64,000 nt of DNA from Octopus vulgaris (taxonomy: Eukaryota), in the NCBI GenBank assembly GCA_951406725.2, contig OX597814.1, forward strand, positions 35,898,001 through 35,962,000, written 5' to 3'. The notes under the pieces were generated by a model. The model was not told the origin of the DNA. It ran no database searches and was given only the letters and a program-made list of their open reading frames with translations. The position numbers and the translations under genes are program-made. Below, in pieces: positions 22,975 to 36,110 of this stretch; the first letter of the stretch is position 1, and each line of letters starts with the position of its first letter.

Positions 22975-25062
22975 CATTAATCGTATGATCTTTGAGAACT
23001 GTCACATTAAGCGCAGAAATCTCAGCTCCACATGGATTGACTATAAAAAGGCCTTCGACAGTATACCGCATCCATGGATCTTGAGATTGCTGGACATCTT
23101 CAAAATTTCCCCTGTGATTTCAAGCTTCCTGAAGCACAATATGTCGTTGTGGAATACAAATCTCCAATTATACCACTCTAATGGAGTACTTGCCTCAGAA
23201 AATATAAACATCAACTGTGGAATTTTTCAAGGTGACTCACTTTCACCTTTAATATTCTGCATAGCCCTAATACCCCTTCAAGTGAATTAAACAGAACAGG
23301 ATATGGGTATAAAATTGCCAATAAAAAAATAAGCCATCTATTTTATATGGATGACTTAAAACTCTATGGTAAAGATGATAATGAACTTGAAGGCCTATTG
23401 CGCACTGTGAAAGCATTCAGCGATGACATCGGGATGGAGTTTGGGCTTGAGAAGTGTGCCGAGGCCATTTTCCAGAAAGGGAAAGGGAAGACCACAAATT
23501 CAGTCGTGTTAGATGTTGACACAGTCATAAGAGAGCTTGAGCAAGAACAGACATACAAATATTTAGGGATAAATGAAGGCTCTGGTATTCAGCATGCAAG
23601 CATGAAAGAGAAGATCAGGAAGGAATGTTATAGGAGAGTCCGTGCAGTCCTGAAATCTGAACTAAATGCACGTAACAAGGTGTTAGCTATAAATTCCTTA
23701 GCAGTTCCAGTTGTTACTTATAGCTACAATATGTTGAACTGGAATATGAGTGAAGTAAAGAATATAGACAGGAAAATACGCAAGCTGCTGAGTTGTAATA
23801 GGATGCACCACCCAAAGGCAGACGTAGATCACCTTTACCTTCCCAGAGCCCAAGGAGGTTGAGGCCTGATCCAATTTGAACTAGCTTACAAAACAACCAC
23901 AATTGGACTGGCCAAATATCTTGAAATAACGAATGACTGGATGCTAAAGCTCGTGGAAAATCACGAGAGATGAAAGAAGCTTCATTCTATCATAAAAGAA
24001 AGCAAAAAATTTGCTATTGATCTCGTGCAGGATACCCAAACTGAACAACCCGAGGGAAGTACGGCAACTATTGTTGCAAAGAAGGTGAAAATAATGGCAA
24101 CGAAAAAAGCGCACGAGCAATTGGCTGATAGGTGGGAGGAGAAACCTCTGCATGGCAAATATGTGGCCCGCAGCAAACAAGCTGATGTTGACCAGAAGCA
24201 AACCCATCAGTGGCTACAGAGCTCAGGGCTAAAAGCGGAGAGCGAAGGTTTCATCCTGGCTGCTCAAGATCAAAGCCTATTAACCCGGAACTACCAGGCC
24301 AATGTGATGAAAAATGGAGCAGACCCAAAATGCCGATTCTGCAACGACATGATTAAAACAGTGGACCACCTAATCTCTGGATGTAAAGTCTTAGCACCAG
24401 TGGAGTATAAATTAAGACATGACAGAGTTGGCCAATATCTACACTGGCTAATAAGTTGGCATTACAATATCAAAACTGCCGACAAGTGGTATAATCACCA
24501 CCCTGAAGCTGTAACTGAAGGAGAAAATGTAACGTTTCTGTGGGACTTTCCAGTACATACAGACCGAACCATCAAAGCCAATAAACCGGATATTGTTGTG
24601 AAAGACCAAAACAATAAAGTTTGCTTATTGATCAACATGAGCATCCCCTGTGATCATAATATCTCGGCGAAAGAGTTTGACAAGCTCAGAAAATATAAAG
24701 ACCTGCTCATTGAAATTGAGAAAATGTGGCATCTCAAGGTGGTTACAATACCAGTGATCGTAAGAGCACTAGGAATGATCAAGAAGGGAACCAAAAATTA
24801 TATGAGAATGATCCCTGGCTTACTATCCCTGCAAGAAGTGCAAAAGATTGTCTTAACTGGTACATCACACGTATTGAGAAGAGCATTTTCGATGTGAGAA
24901 CTATTACTACCCATGTATTTTAATTTAACTTAAAAAAAAAAAATGAACGAACTAGTGAGTTTAGTTTAATGGCCTACCAATGTATACTATGAGTTTCTTT
25001 GCCCTAGGAGTCGGGAAGACACTCGGCAAGAAATGGAAGCAAATTTGAAAGAAGAAAAAAAA
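22973..25062 (+). mobile_element. Dong/R4-clade non-LTR retrotransposon, 5'-truncated, best preserved (RT, CCHC and REL)
   Basis: WIDYKKAFDSI, GIFQGDSLSPL, YMDDLKLY, YKYLGI, CRFC..HLISGC, RHD, KPDIV and EFDKLRKY. It has one frameshift near 23275 and stops at 23860 and 23971, and lies in (TAA)n. Confidence 0.95.
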
Positions 25063-25786
25063 ATGATAATGATAATAATAATAAAATCCCCATACCTATA
25101 AATGCATTTATTTTATGCATATATGCAATTGATAGAAATAAGGAACACAGTCAATAATCTCAAGCCAAGAATATTAGTTATTTTTCCTGCCATAAAGACA
25201 CTTAAACTCCAAATGCATTCCAATGATATATAACACCAGAGAATTTCAGATATGATGCTAAATACTCCATGGCTATACCTTTGCCATCAATTCATAGGCA
25301 ATAATTTAGCATTAAATTTTCCGGCCTTCAATTTATCCTTACACATCAACTAATGATGAATATTTGCATCAGGTATTAATTGAAACATTATCCATATTTG
25401 GTAAATCATTTGCATACATGTATTAATTTAATTTTCAAAAGCTAAAGAGTATTAGCAGATCTTTGAAAAAAAGTTAAAATTTTTTTTCTTTATCTGACAT
25501 GTGTCAGTTTGACAAGTTGAGCTTGAATTACCATAATCCTAATATATCTTAGGGTTCTGTCATTGAATTAATGAATCAGATTTTACAAGATGTGTTTTTA
25601 TGAGGAGTTTTACAATCTGACATAGCTTAATCCATTTAGATAGTTTTAAAGATTTTTATTTCTAAATGATTACCCATCTGAGAAACAACTGGGTCCAAAA
25701 GTTTTGAATTTTAATCAAATTCATTGGATATGCTAATTCCATGTGGTTTATCATAAATTTGTCAAATTTAGATAACAAAAAAAAAG

Positions 25787-25819
<33 letters not shown>

Positions 25820-26290
25820 AAACTATATAGTTGGATATCATAATTTATTTCAGAACAATTTTGGGTTGAAATGAAAACCAATAACATGCCATGTGAAAAT
25901 GACAATTTAAATGTTAATTAAATATTATCAGTTCCAGAGGATAATGAGAAGAAATTCTTAATTAGGAAAGATTAAAGGTTTTATAGTTTGATCAGATATT
26001 TTTAATTTAGGTGCAGTACATGAAATATTATAGGATAGGCATGTGTAGGAATAGGCTGCTCTGAAGGCTGATTTATTGAATGCAGTGTTGAAATAACAGG
26101 TTGTTTGTGAAACTGAATTTGCTAGTGCTTAAAATCTCCTTCAGTGCTTAAAAGGGATTGACTGATTGTACAAATGATTTTTGTTGTTGCAAAGGTAACA
26201 AAGAAGTTTTTAAGATTTGAAAATCCTATTAAAGAAATATGACCTGAAATGAATAGAATCAGAACTAAATACTAAAAAAAATAAAGAAGT

Positions 26291-26461
26291 GGCGCAGGAG
26301 TGGCCGTGTGGTAAGTAGCTTGTTTACCAACCACATGGTTCCAGGTTCTGTCCCACTGTGTGGCACCTTGGGCAAGTGTCTTCTACTATAGCCTCGGGCC
26401 AACCAAAGCCTTGTGAGTGGATTTGGTAGACAGAAACTGAAAGAAGCCCGTCGTATATATG

Positions 26462-26492
<31 letters not shown>

Positions 26493-26707
26493 TTCTGTGT
26501 TTGTGTTTGTCCCCCTAGCATTGCTTGACAACCGATGCTGGTGTGCTTATGTCCCCGTTACTTAGCGGTTCAGCAAAAGAGACCGATAGAATAAGTACTG
26601 GGCTTACAAAAAGAATAAGTCCCGGGGTCGAGTTGCTCGATTAAAGGCGGTGCTCCAGCATGGCCGCAGTCAAATGACTGAAACAAGTAAAAGAGTAAAA
26701 GAGAGTA
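26291..26707 (+). mobile_element. SINE family A, full length, young (CpGs retained)
   Basis: ggcgcaggagtggccgtgtggtaag head through the (gagtaaaa)n tail. Confidence 0.9.
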
Positions 26708-26827
26708 AGTTCTTATCAATAGTAAGGAAGTTACTATTCTAAATAGTTTTTTTTGTGTTTATCATATTGTTTATATTGTTACTAATGGTGATTCACGCTA
26801 ATTGTCCAGTGTACCTCGGATCATCAA

Positions 26828-27192
26828 CTCTTTTACTCTTTTACTTGCTGCAACACCATCTTTAGTTAAACAAATTGACCCCAGGACTTATTCTTTGTAA
26901 GCTTAGTACTTATTCTATTGTTCTCTTTTGCTGAACTGCTAAGTTATGGGATGTAAACACACCAACATTGGCTGTCAAGCAATGATGGGGAGACAAACAG
27001 ACACACACACACAAATACACACACACACACAAGATGGGCTTCTTTCAGTTTCCATCTACCAAATCCACTTACATAGCTTTGGTTGATCTGAGGCTATAGT
27101 GGAAGACACTTGCCCAGGTGCCATACAGTGGGACTCAACCCAGAACCATGTGGTTGGGAAGCAAGTTCCTTACCATGCAACCACTCTGCACC
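26828..27192 (-). mobile_element. SINE family A, inverted relative to the previous copy
   Basis: Reverse-complement match to family A. Confidence 0.85.
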
Positions 27193-27644
27193 AATGCATT
27201 TTTTTTAAGGAGTTGCAATACTAACAATATTTTCTCTGCTTTTAATGGCTAGCTGACAAATAGAAGGATTGAGGTAAATTTAATGCATAACTGAGATCAC
27301 AGCATTGTTATATGCCATCAGGACAACCACGAAATATGCAATGATGACTCTATAACTGAGTAACTAACCTTACATAAGCACAACCAAGGAGACAACAATG
27401 ATGATTATGATAATGATGAGATGATGAGAATAATTGGTTGGTGTATCAGTGTATGTGTGTGTGTGTGTGTGTGTGTGGGGGTTGACAGCATTCCATACAG
27501 TTTCTATCTACCTTTTTCACTATCTAGACATTGGTCATCTTGAATCTGTTGTAGAAACTGTTAAAGTACAATACAGTGGGACTGAATGAGACCTCATATT
27601 TGCAAAATGATCTTTTTAACTATAGTCATTCTTTCACTAGAAAT

Positions 27645-28291
27645 CATCATCATCATCATCATCGTTTAACATCCGTTTTCCATGCTAGCACGGGTTGGAC
27701 GGTTTGACCGGGGTCTGGGAAGCCAGGAGGCTGAACCAGGCTCCAGTCTGATCTGGCAGTGTTTCTACAGCTGGATGCCCTTCCTAGTGCCAACCACTCT
27801 GTGAGTGTAGTAGTGGGTGCTTTTTACATGCCAGGAGAGGCTGGCAGCGGCCACGATTGGTTGGTGCTTTTTACGTGCCACCGGCACAGAAGCCAGTCAA
27901 GGCAGCGCTGGCATCGTCCACGTTGGGATGGTGCTTTTCACGTGCCACCGGCACAGGTATCACAACTATAATTCCATTTCATATTTATTTTGAAGCTGAT
28001 GAACTTGACTCAATAGGTCTCTTCAAGCACAGCAGGTCACCCTTCGATCCAAGCAGGTCATTCTGCAATCCAATGTACTTTGGATAGGCTGGGGCTCTGC
28101 AAAACTGGTGCAGGAAACAGCCATGAACTCACATTATTTGTCGGGTCTTTGCAGTCACAGCATATCTCCAGAGATCTCGGTCCTTCGTCATTGCCTCTGT
28201 GAGGCCCAACGTTCGAAGGTCATGCTTGACCACCTCATCCCATGTCTTCCTGGGTCTACCTCTCCCCCAAGAAGACATGGGATGAGGTGGT
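27645..28291 (-). mobile_element. RTE-clade LINE 3' end (ORF C-terminus, UTR and (GAT)n tail)
   Basis: GRGRPRKTWDEVVKHDL..DRDLWR is a canonical RTE C-terminus. Confidence 0.9.
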
Positions 28292-31200
28292 GTTCCTGTA
28301 AAAAAGAAAAGGAAAAAGACAAAGTAATGAAGCAAAACATGTTTACACTGCCAGTAGCACTGCATTGTATTCATATTTAAGCGTTCATAACTCTAAATAT
28401 TTATGAAGATGTAATATAACTCATTGAAGTTGCGACAATTAACATTAGTCAGAATTTAGTGAGTACATGTTTCTACATGTAAAAGGCGAAAGAGAATTGA
28501 ACTTTAAAGTTGAATATTATATTAGGATTCTATAATTGCAAAAATTGAATGGCTTTATGTATTTACCATAAGAAGGAAGGGAATGAGCATCTAAAGAATT
28601 TGTTTTATGATAAAATCTCTGATCCTTTCATACAATCATGCTGAGAGATATTTGGTTATATTAGTGCTAGAATGATGTGAAACAAGGAATAAACAACCAT
28701 AAGGATTCCAACCAGCACTGAAGAAGCCATACAAAGATTGTGAATATAGTTCTTCTTCCTGAAATTAGATAACAAGCAACCAAAACAAAATGAAAATAAT
28801 AAAAGAGGCAGCGATGAAGGTTGTTTTAGAGTTTTGCCAACAACGTGTATATAACATATGTAATAGAATGAAACACTGGATCTAATCTTAGTGTATACAT
28901 ATCTGTTATGTTATTAAATTGTTATGTTAAAGAACAAGAAGAGTATTTCATAAATGCATAAATAAAATTTTATATAAATATAAATAGAATACCTTAAATG
29001 TAAAATTGGAAAAATAGAATAGATTTGGCACAGCTTAAATACAATAAATTTGCACACAATAGGTTTTTGTTTAAACTTGTTTTTTTCCACTTTAAAGTGA
29101 TTTAACAGGAATCAATAGAGTATTGCATAAAGGGAAATGACAAAGTGTTTGGAGAGTTACAATTAGCAACAGGCTTGAAACTTATAGAGTGGTGGATATT
29201 CCTTCAACTATTCCACCAAGATAGTCATAAATATGGCTTTCTAGATTGTATAGAGAAAATCAATATTGGAGGGAGAAAATCATTTTGTGTTTTTGAATAT
29301 TTTAGGAGAATTTTGTGTTATAAAATGTGTTTAATTCTTCTTAACATTTTTTATTCTATATTTTGAGGGAAGAAGATATTTAGTCAAACAGAATAATAAA
29401 ACAAGTCACAAAACAAAAAAAAAAAAAAATTGAAGAAGGGTGAAGTTAAGGGTCTATTATATATGTGTATGTGTGTGTGTGTATGGTTTATTTCAGTGGA
29501 GCGATGTTGGAGATGGTGTTTGAATGTTAATGGGAAATCTTAAAAGAATCTGGTTTCATATCACTTTATCTCCATGCCGAAAATAAAAGATAATAGGAGT
29601 GAGGGAAAACAAGAATTTTAAATTAAGCAAAGGGAGAAAGAAATGCAAGATTAAGTTAGCTGTAAACAACTAGAATTTGTTAAGGTGTTGGTTCGTTCAT
29701 CATCTTCACCCTCATCATAATAATAATAATAATCATCATCATTACTTTATTATTGTCATCACCCTTGGTTATCAAAAAAATGAAACATCTCTCTGTATAT
29801 TATGAACAAAGCTTTCAAAGCCTCTATATTATTGCCTTCTGATCTAGGCTGAGAATATTTTGTTAATACACAAAATAACTAAAATATAACAAAAATATTA
29901 TGAATGTAAAAGATATTTTTATTCTAAGTACAGTTAAAATCTCCTCTTCCTCTTTTCAACAATAACCATGCTTTCCAATTTCTTGTTTTACAACTCCAGG
30001 AAATATGGCCATTATTTATTTTCTATTTGACTAAAAACAGGGAACTTTACCTGCAACGACTTTGTTGTCAAAGCTGATAAAATTACACATGCAAATTATA
30101 TCAGGCTCAGTCTTTGTTGTTCTAGCTTAAAATGTTTGAAGTTTTGAAACTCAAAAGCTTGCCATATATGTGCCAGAAGTCCCGATGTGTCTAAATACTG
30201 CCCAGTAAACTATTAGAGATAGCTTACAATAATTTATTCAAATATATGTAGTGTTATACTTAATTACTATCCCATTAAGCCCTTATGATATAAATTTAGA
30301 TTGCTGCATCAAATTTGAGCAGTTATGAAGTGAAGAAGATAGCTTGCTTTCATGTTATATGTTACAACTTCAAATTTGATTAACCAATAGCAAGTCAGCA
30401 TTGTATTCCAGTCTATGCAGATTAGAATTTTGCATCAATTCAGAACATCATATCTTCATAGATTAATATGCACCAACATACCAGTATGATGCCACAGTAA
30501 GGATCTAAGAGTACAGTTACTATACTCTGAATGTTCATAAACACAATCAACAGATTTCTTTACACATGTGTAATGGGTAGTTTAAGGCTTTCCTCTGTAA
30601 AAACCAAAGGAACACTTATAATCCTATGCATTAAAATTCATTTAATCTTGCTATATAGAGATTATGAGTTAAAACCAAAGTACTTAGCAGAGGGACATAT
30701 TCTGTAAGTGTTTCATTGCCAAATTGAGTTTTAAGCTAGGATTGATGTATGTACAAGAATAGGAATAAGAATAAAAAGAACAATGCTTTCTTTATGTAAT
30801 AATGTTTTGTTTAACAACAACATCACAAAAAAAAAAAAAAACGATGGCGATGAGGATGATAACAACAACAATAACAATGATAATAATCTGTTTGTTATTA
30901 GCTGCAATGGCTCAAAGAGATACTGAAAAAAGCAAGGAAGCATTAACCAGGGTGCTTACAAAGATGAACAGGGTGGAAGGAAGAAATTATTTAAAGATGA
31001 GAGAAGAAGTGAAAAGAAAATATGCAATATATAAAGAATGAATTAGACATTTATAAATCATGCAAAAAAGAATGGCTCAAGAATTTACAAAGAATAAATA
31101 TTAAAAAAAACAGCATTATAACGCATTACAGCTAAAAGAAGATATCCCTATAAAATTTGAACATACACATGCATTGATTAAAGCATCCGATGTTCCTGAT

Positions 31201-31301
31201 TATGCACCCTCTATACTTCCCTCCTGTGTTATTTGTTCATAGCTGAAGATTTCAGAATCTTCCAAAAGAAGCTTGAGAGCTAATTTAGGCAAGTGAGGGT
31301 C

Positions 31302-31735
31302 AAGCTTGCTTCCCAACCACATGGTTCCAGGTTCAGTCCCACTGTGTAACACCTTAGCCAAGTGTCTTCTATTATAGCCTTGGGCTGACCAAAGCCTTGT
31401 GAGTGAATTTGGTTGATGGAAACTGAAAAGAAGCCCATTGTGTGTTCGTGTGTGTGTATGTGTGTGCATGTGCACATGTGTGTATGTATGTGTGTGTACA
31501 CATGAGTGTGTGTAGGTGTGTATATGTCTTTGTATATGTGTTTGTCCCCCACCACTGCTTGACAACTGGTGGTGGTGTGTTTACATCCTGCAAATTAGCA
31601 GTTTGGCAAAAGATATTGATAAAATAAGTACCTGGCTGAAAATAAAAAGTACTAGGGTTGATTCATTTGACTAAAAATTCTTCAAGGCTCGGTTGCAGTC
31701 TAATGACTGAAACAAGTAAAAGAGTAAAAGAGAAT
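31302..31735 (+). mobile_element. SINE family A
   Basis: Match to family A; slightly 5'-truncated. Confidence 0.85.
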
Positions 31736-31780
31736 ATAACTCTTCATTATGCATATTTGAGGTCTATGCTAATATACTTA

Positions 31781-32005
31781 TATCTTTATTGCCCACAAGG
31801 GGCTAGACATAGACAAATAAGGATAGACAAAGTGATTAAATCGATTACATCGACTCCAGTGCATAACTGGTACTTAATTTATCGACCCTGAAAGGATGAA
31901 AGGCAAAGTCGACCTCAGCAGAATTTGAACTCAGAAAGTAACAGCAGACGAAATACCGCTAAGCATTTTGCCTGGCATGCTAATGTTTCTGACAGCTTGT
32001 CACTA
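31781..32005 (-). mobile_element. SINE family B with Tx1-like tail
   Basis: Head and core (gtcgactttgcctttcatcctttcagggtcgataaattaagtacc), with tail ccttgtgggcaataaaga. Confidence 0.8.
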
Positions 32006-32664
32006 TTTATACTAATATTCTGACCTTTTTGTGCTGTTTAAAATGTGTTTCTATTTCTGTTATTTTAGGCTTCCTAGACAGAGAGACCTTAAATGGGGTT
32101 TATTGTTAGATATGCACCAACTGGATTGTCTACCTTGGATGTTGTATTATGAGGTTTTCTCTCAGCCCCCTCTTCAAGACACAGTTCTGTTGTCATGTCT
32201 TGGCTTATTAGTACTTGTAGGACCATGCTGATCTCACCCAACAATATAATATTAAAAGTTATATCTGCTACACAGGTGACTACAAGACAGAGTTTAGAAT
32301 CCTCACCAATGCTCTCAGTTTACCGTCATCCCAAATGCTGCAGGAACAATTCATGGGTAAGTGAATCACATGATTTGGATTTTTGCCATCCCTTAGTTTA
32401 CAGATGATAAATATAGGGTTGTTTCCAACTCCTGCTTGAATAGAACAAAGAAGGCATCCGTGGTCAAGGATACAGGGTGAAGGTGGGCTATCTTCTGGTT
32501 TGTGACTCTGTGATGGACTGGGGTACACTGGTCTTGTGGAGAAAAAATGCTGCTAAACTTTAGTTCTTTCAGTAAAATGATCCCAAAAGAATGTTTATGA
32601 AGCCTGATGTTTTTTAATTTTTTTTTTTTTATCTCACGGCAAATATTCATTCATGCTCTTGTTG

Positions 32665-32954
32665 TTTTTTCCTTCTCAAGCCATGCCTGGCCGGTTTCCT
32701 GGTTTCCTTGGCATATAGGTTCCCCACCTGGATGGGATGCTGGTCCGTCACAGGTGAGCTGCAAGATGCAGGAGGAAAGAGTGAGAGAAAGTTGTGGTGA
32801 AAGAGTCAGCAGAAGTTTGCCATTACCTTCTGCTGGAACTGTGTGGAGCTTAGGTGTTTTGCTCATAACACACACATCGCCCGGTCTGAGATTCAAACCT
32901 GTGATCCCTCGACTGCGAATCTGCTGCTCTAACCACTAGGCCATGTGCCTCCAC
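32665..32954 (-). mobile_element. SINE family C (body H2, tail T2)
   Basis: tRNA-like head; TSD cat(g/a)ctcttgttg at 32652-32664 and 32955-32967. Confidence 0.85.
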
Positions 32955-33752
32955 CATACTCTTGTTGCTCTTACTGTTGTTGTTGAATGTGTTGTCTGCT
33001 TTACTGTTTTTTGTGAGAATGTAGTTTTTTTCATTTCTTGCAATATGTTTGTGTGTGTGTTTGTTGATATTTCTTAAACATATTTTTTATAAAATTGTAT
33101 TCTTTCGTTCAATATAATCTTCCTTAGGGACACATCCCAACCATGAACAAGCCATTTTTTTTTCACTTATTGTTAGATTGTTAAATAAAATGAAAATACT
33201 TTTTAAAAGAACAACCTTGTTGTCTAACTCCAGTAAGGAGTGGATGCATGAAGATGTTCAATAATGTCTCTGTGGGAAATTAAAATCCAAAATAAGAATT
33301 ACTTAAGTTACATTTGAAAATCACCAAGTAAACTTGGAGTAACATTTTTCACAAGCCCTACCATCATCACACCTATCATCATCATCCTAAACACCACCAG
33401 TACCAGCACCACCATCTACCATCACCACCACACCCACCATCACCACTGCAGCGATGGCATTTCTGGTTGCCTTCACTGCAGAATGTCTTTTTAGGATGAT
33501 TACAAGGAAGATGAATTGTAAAGTAATAGTATCCTATTTTGTTTACTGAAGGTAAACAAAGAAGATTTATCTAATAATTGCAACAAGAACAACATTAAAA
33601 ATACTGATGTATAACTACAAGGTCACCTGTTTTGGGGATAAAAATATAGTTGATTTCATCAACCACAAGGGATGAAAAGTAAAGCTGACCTCAGATGAAT
33701 TTGAACTTAGAGAGTGAGGAATCTAAAGCTTCTGTCAGTTGCCTCCATCTAA

Positions 33753-34134
33753 GACTGGCAGTTACAACAACGAGGGTTCAGTTGATACGATCAGCAGAAC
33801 AGCCTGCTCATGAAATTAATGTGCAAGTGGCTGAGCACTCCACTGGCACGTGTACTCTTAACGTAGTTCTCGGGGGAGATTCAGTGTGACACAGAGTGTG
33901 ACAAGGCTGGCCCCTTTGAAATACAGGTACAACAGTAACAGGATAAAAAGAGTGAGAGAAAGTTGTGGTGAAAGAGAACAGCAAGGTTCAACCCCCACCC
34001 CCCTCTGCTGGAGCCTCGTGGAGCTTTATGTGTTTTCGCTCAATAAACACTCACAACGCCTGGTCTGGGAATTGAAACTGCGATCCTAAGACCGCGAGAC
34101 CGCTGCCCCAACCACTGGGCCATTGCACCTCTAC
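33753..34134 (-). mobile_element. SINE family C (body H2, tail T1), nested in a SINE B relic
   Basis: TSD tgcctccatctaa at 33740-33752 and 34135-34147. Confidence 0.85.
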
Positions 34135-34771
34135 TGCCTCCATCTAACATAATTGTTAATAACTCTGACAAAATTAAAATGGAAATGTGAATGTATTAAA
34201 ATAAAATGCTAATGTAGCAACATGCAAAGGTGCCTTTATAGAGGTGCACTGCTAGTTTACAAAGGTGCACTACAAATTACTCTCAAGTCACATCTAACAA
34301 TCTTAGAAAAGATCGGGTAGACATAAATGGAACATCTTTGATTATTAGGTTAACATGAGTTAAGCAACAACATTAAAAACTTAACAGTGACAACGAAAAT
34401 AATATCAATAAAGCTATTAGCTAAGTTAACAGAAAATATGACAGTTTGCATTTGAACAGAAGTAGTGTTTCCAAAAGAAATGGAAAATGTTTTGTCACAT
34501 GCCAGAAGGGTGAAATATATGCAATAGTGAAAAAGAATTCCGTAAGGAAATCGGTGAAAAAATAGACTGTATTATTTATATACATCTGCAAAACAAGGTG
34601 ACATGAAAATCTACTGGTAGAAGATACGGAAGAGATATGGAAACAACTAAGGTTCGGTTTTAACCATTTGCAGTGTAAGAAATATATTATTTAGCATATG
34701 TTCTATGCTGAAACAGGAAACAACTGGGAAAATGGAACACTGTATATTTTCAAGCATCTTAGTGAGGGGGG

Positions 34772-35092
34772 GGGGTCGTGGCTAAGTGGTTAGAATACTC
34801 AGCTTATGATCGTAAGGTTGTGAGTTTGATTCCTGGCGATGCGTTGTGTCCTTGAGCAAGACACTTTATTTCACGTTGCTCCAGTCCACTCAGCTGGCAA
34901 AAATGAGTAGTACCAGCGTTTCAAAAAGTGCCAGCCTTGTCACATTCTGTGTCACACTGAATCTCCTTGCGAACTACATTAAGGGTACACGTGTTTGTGG
35001 AGTGCTCAATCACTTGCACGTTAATTTCACGAGCAAGCTGTTCCATTGATCGTATGAGCTGGGACCCTCGTCGTCGTAACCTACAGAGTGCT
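34772..35092 (+). mobile_element. SINE family C (CORE-like body H1, tail T1)
   Basis: A box tggctaagtgg, B box gagtttgattcc, then ccttgagcaagacacttt. Confidence 0.85.
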
Positions 35093-35779
35093 CCTAGTTA
35101 CTATATCTTTAAAATCACATTCCTGTCATATTCCTACTCTGGAAACATCCCAATACTAGAGTAGGATATGAACTGTTAATTTCTGATATCAGTATAGCAT
35201 AGGTTAAGAATAAATATACAATCATATATGAATGTATTTAGCTACAAAGTGAAATTAAGCTTCTTGGGGGTTGGGCAGCCTTGAATGAAGATCAATTGAC
35301 CACTTCACTCTCATTGCAATCTGCTATGTTCCACTTATTTTTTAATCCTATGATGCTGATCATAAGCTAAAACTAAACCGATAAATCTTTGGAGAAATTT
35401 TTACCATTTTGTTTACTCATTTTGTAGTTGGCTGAATAGCCAACTACAAATTTAGTAAATACATTGCACTGAACAAAATAATGGAAGAATAATATTGTAA
35501 AAGGAAATTAAAGAGAGAGGTTTCTTGAGTTTCATGATTTGCCCCTAGTAATGAAGATTGGGAAACTTGTTTTGATAACTCCAGGATTGTGCCAAGTATC
35601 GTATTATGACTGTGATTTATTCTTGCTGTTACAGCTGATCTTCCTCTAGGCTTTTGGGCAGAAAACCCATGAATGGGTTTTACTGATGCATAAGCATCAA
35701 CCAGATTGTCTGCCTTGGATTTCAGATTTAGAGGATGAAGTAAAGTGAATTTAATACCTTGTTTCTTCTAATATATAAT

Positions 35780-36110
35780 ACCTGTACATCATCTCCAGAC
35801 CATGGGATTGCACCTAGAAAGTTACCCTCCTAGACACAAGTCCGAGCGAGGTTGTTTATGGAAGACCAGCAGTCGCCCATGCATACCAGCCTCCCCTCTC
35901 AACGCCACCAGTGTTATCCAAGAGAAAGACAAAGGTCGATACAGCTTGGCACCAGTGACGTCGCAACTCATTTCAACAGCTGAGTGAACTGGAGCAACGT
36001 GAAATAAAGTGCCTTGCTCAAGAACACAACACGCAGCCCGGTCCGGGATTTGAGCTCACAACCTCACGATCGTAAGCTCGTCACTCTAACCACTGAGCCA
36101 TGCGCCTTCA
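35780..36110 (-). mobile_element. SINE family C (H1, tail T3)
   Basis: tRNA-like head plus CORE-like body on the minus strand; tail shared with 14441-14690. Confidence 0.85.

Noticed and set aside
30051-30190. Minus-strand coding exon
   Set aside because: Splice-like ends are present, but all three frames contain stops and the pyrimidine tract is weak.
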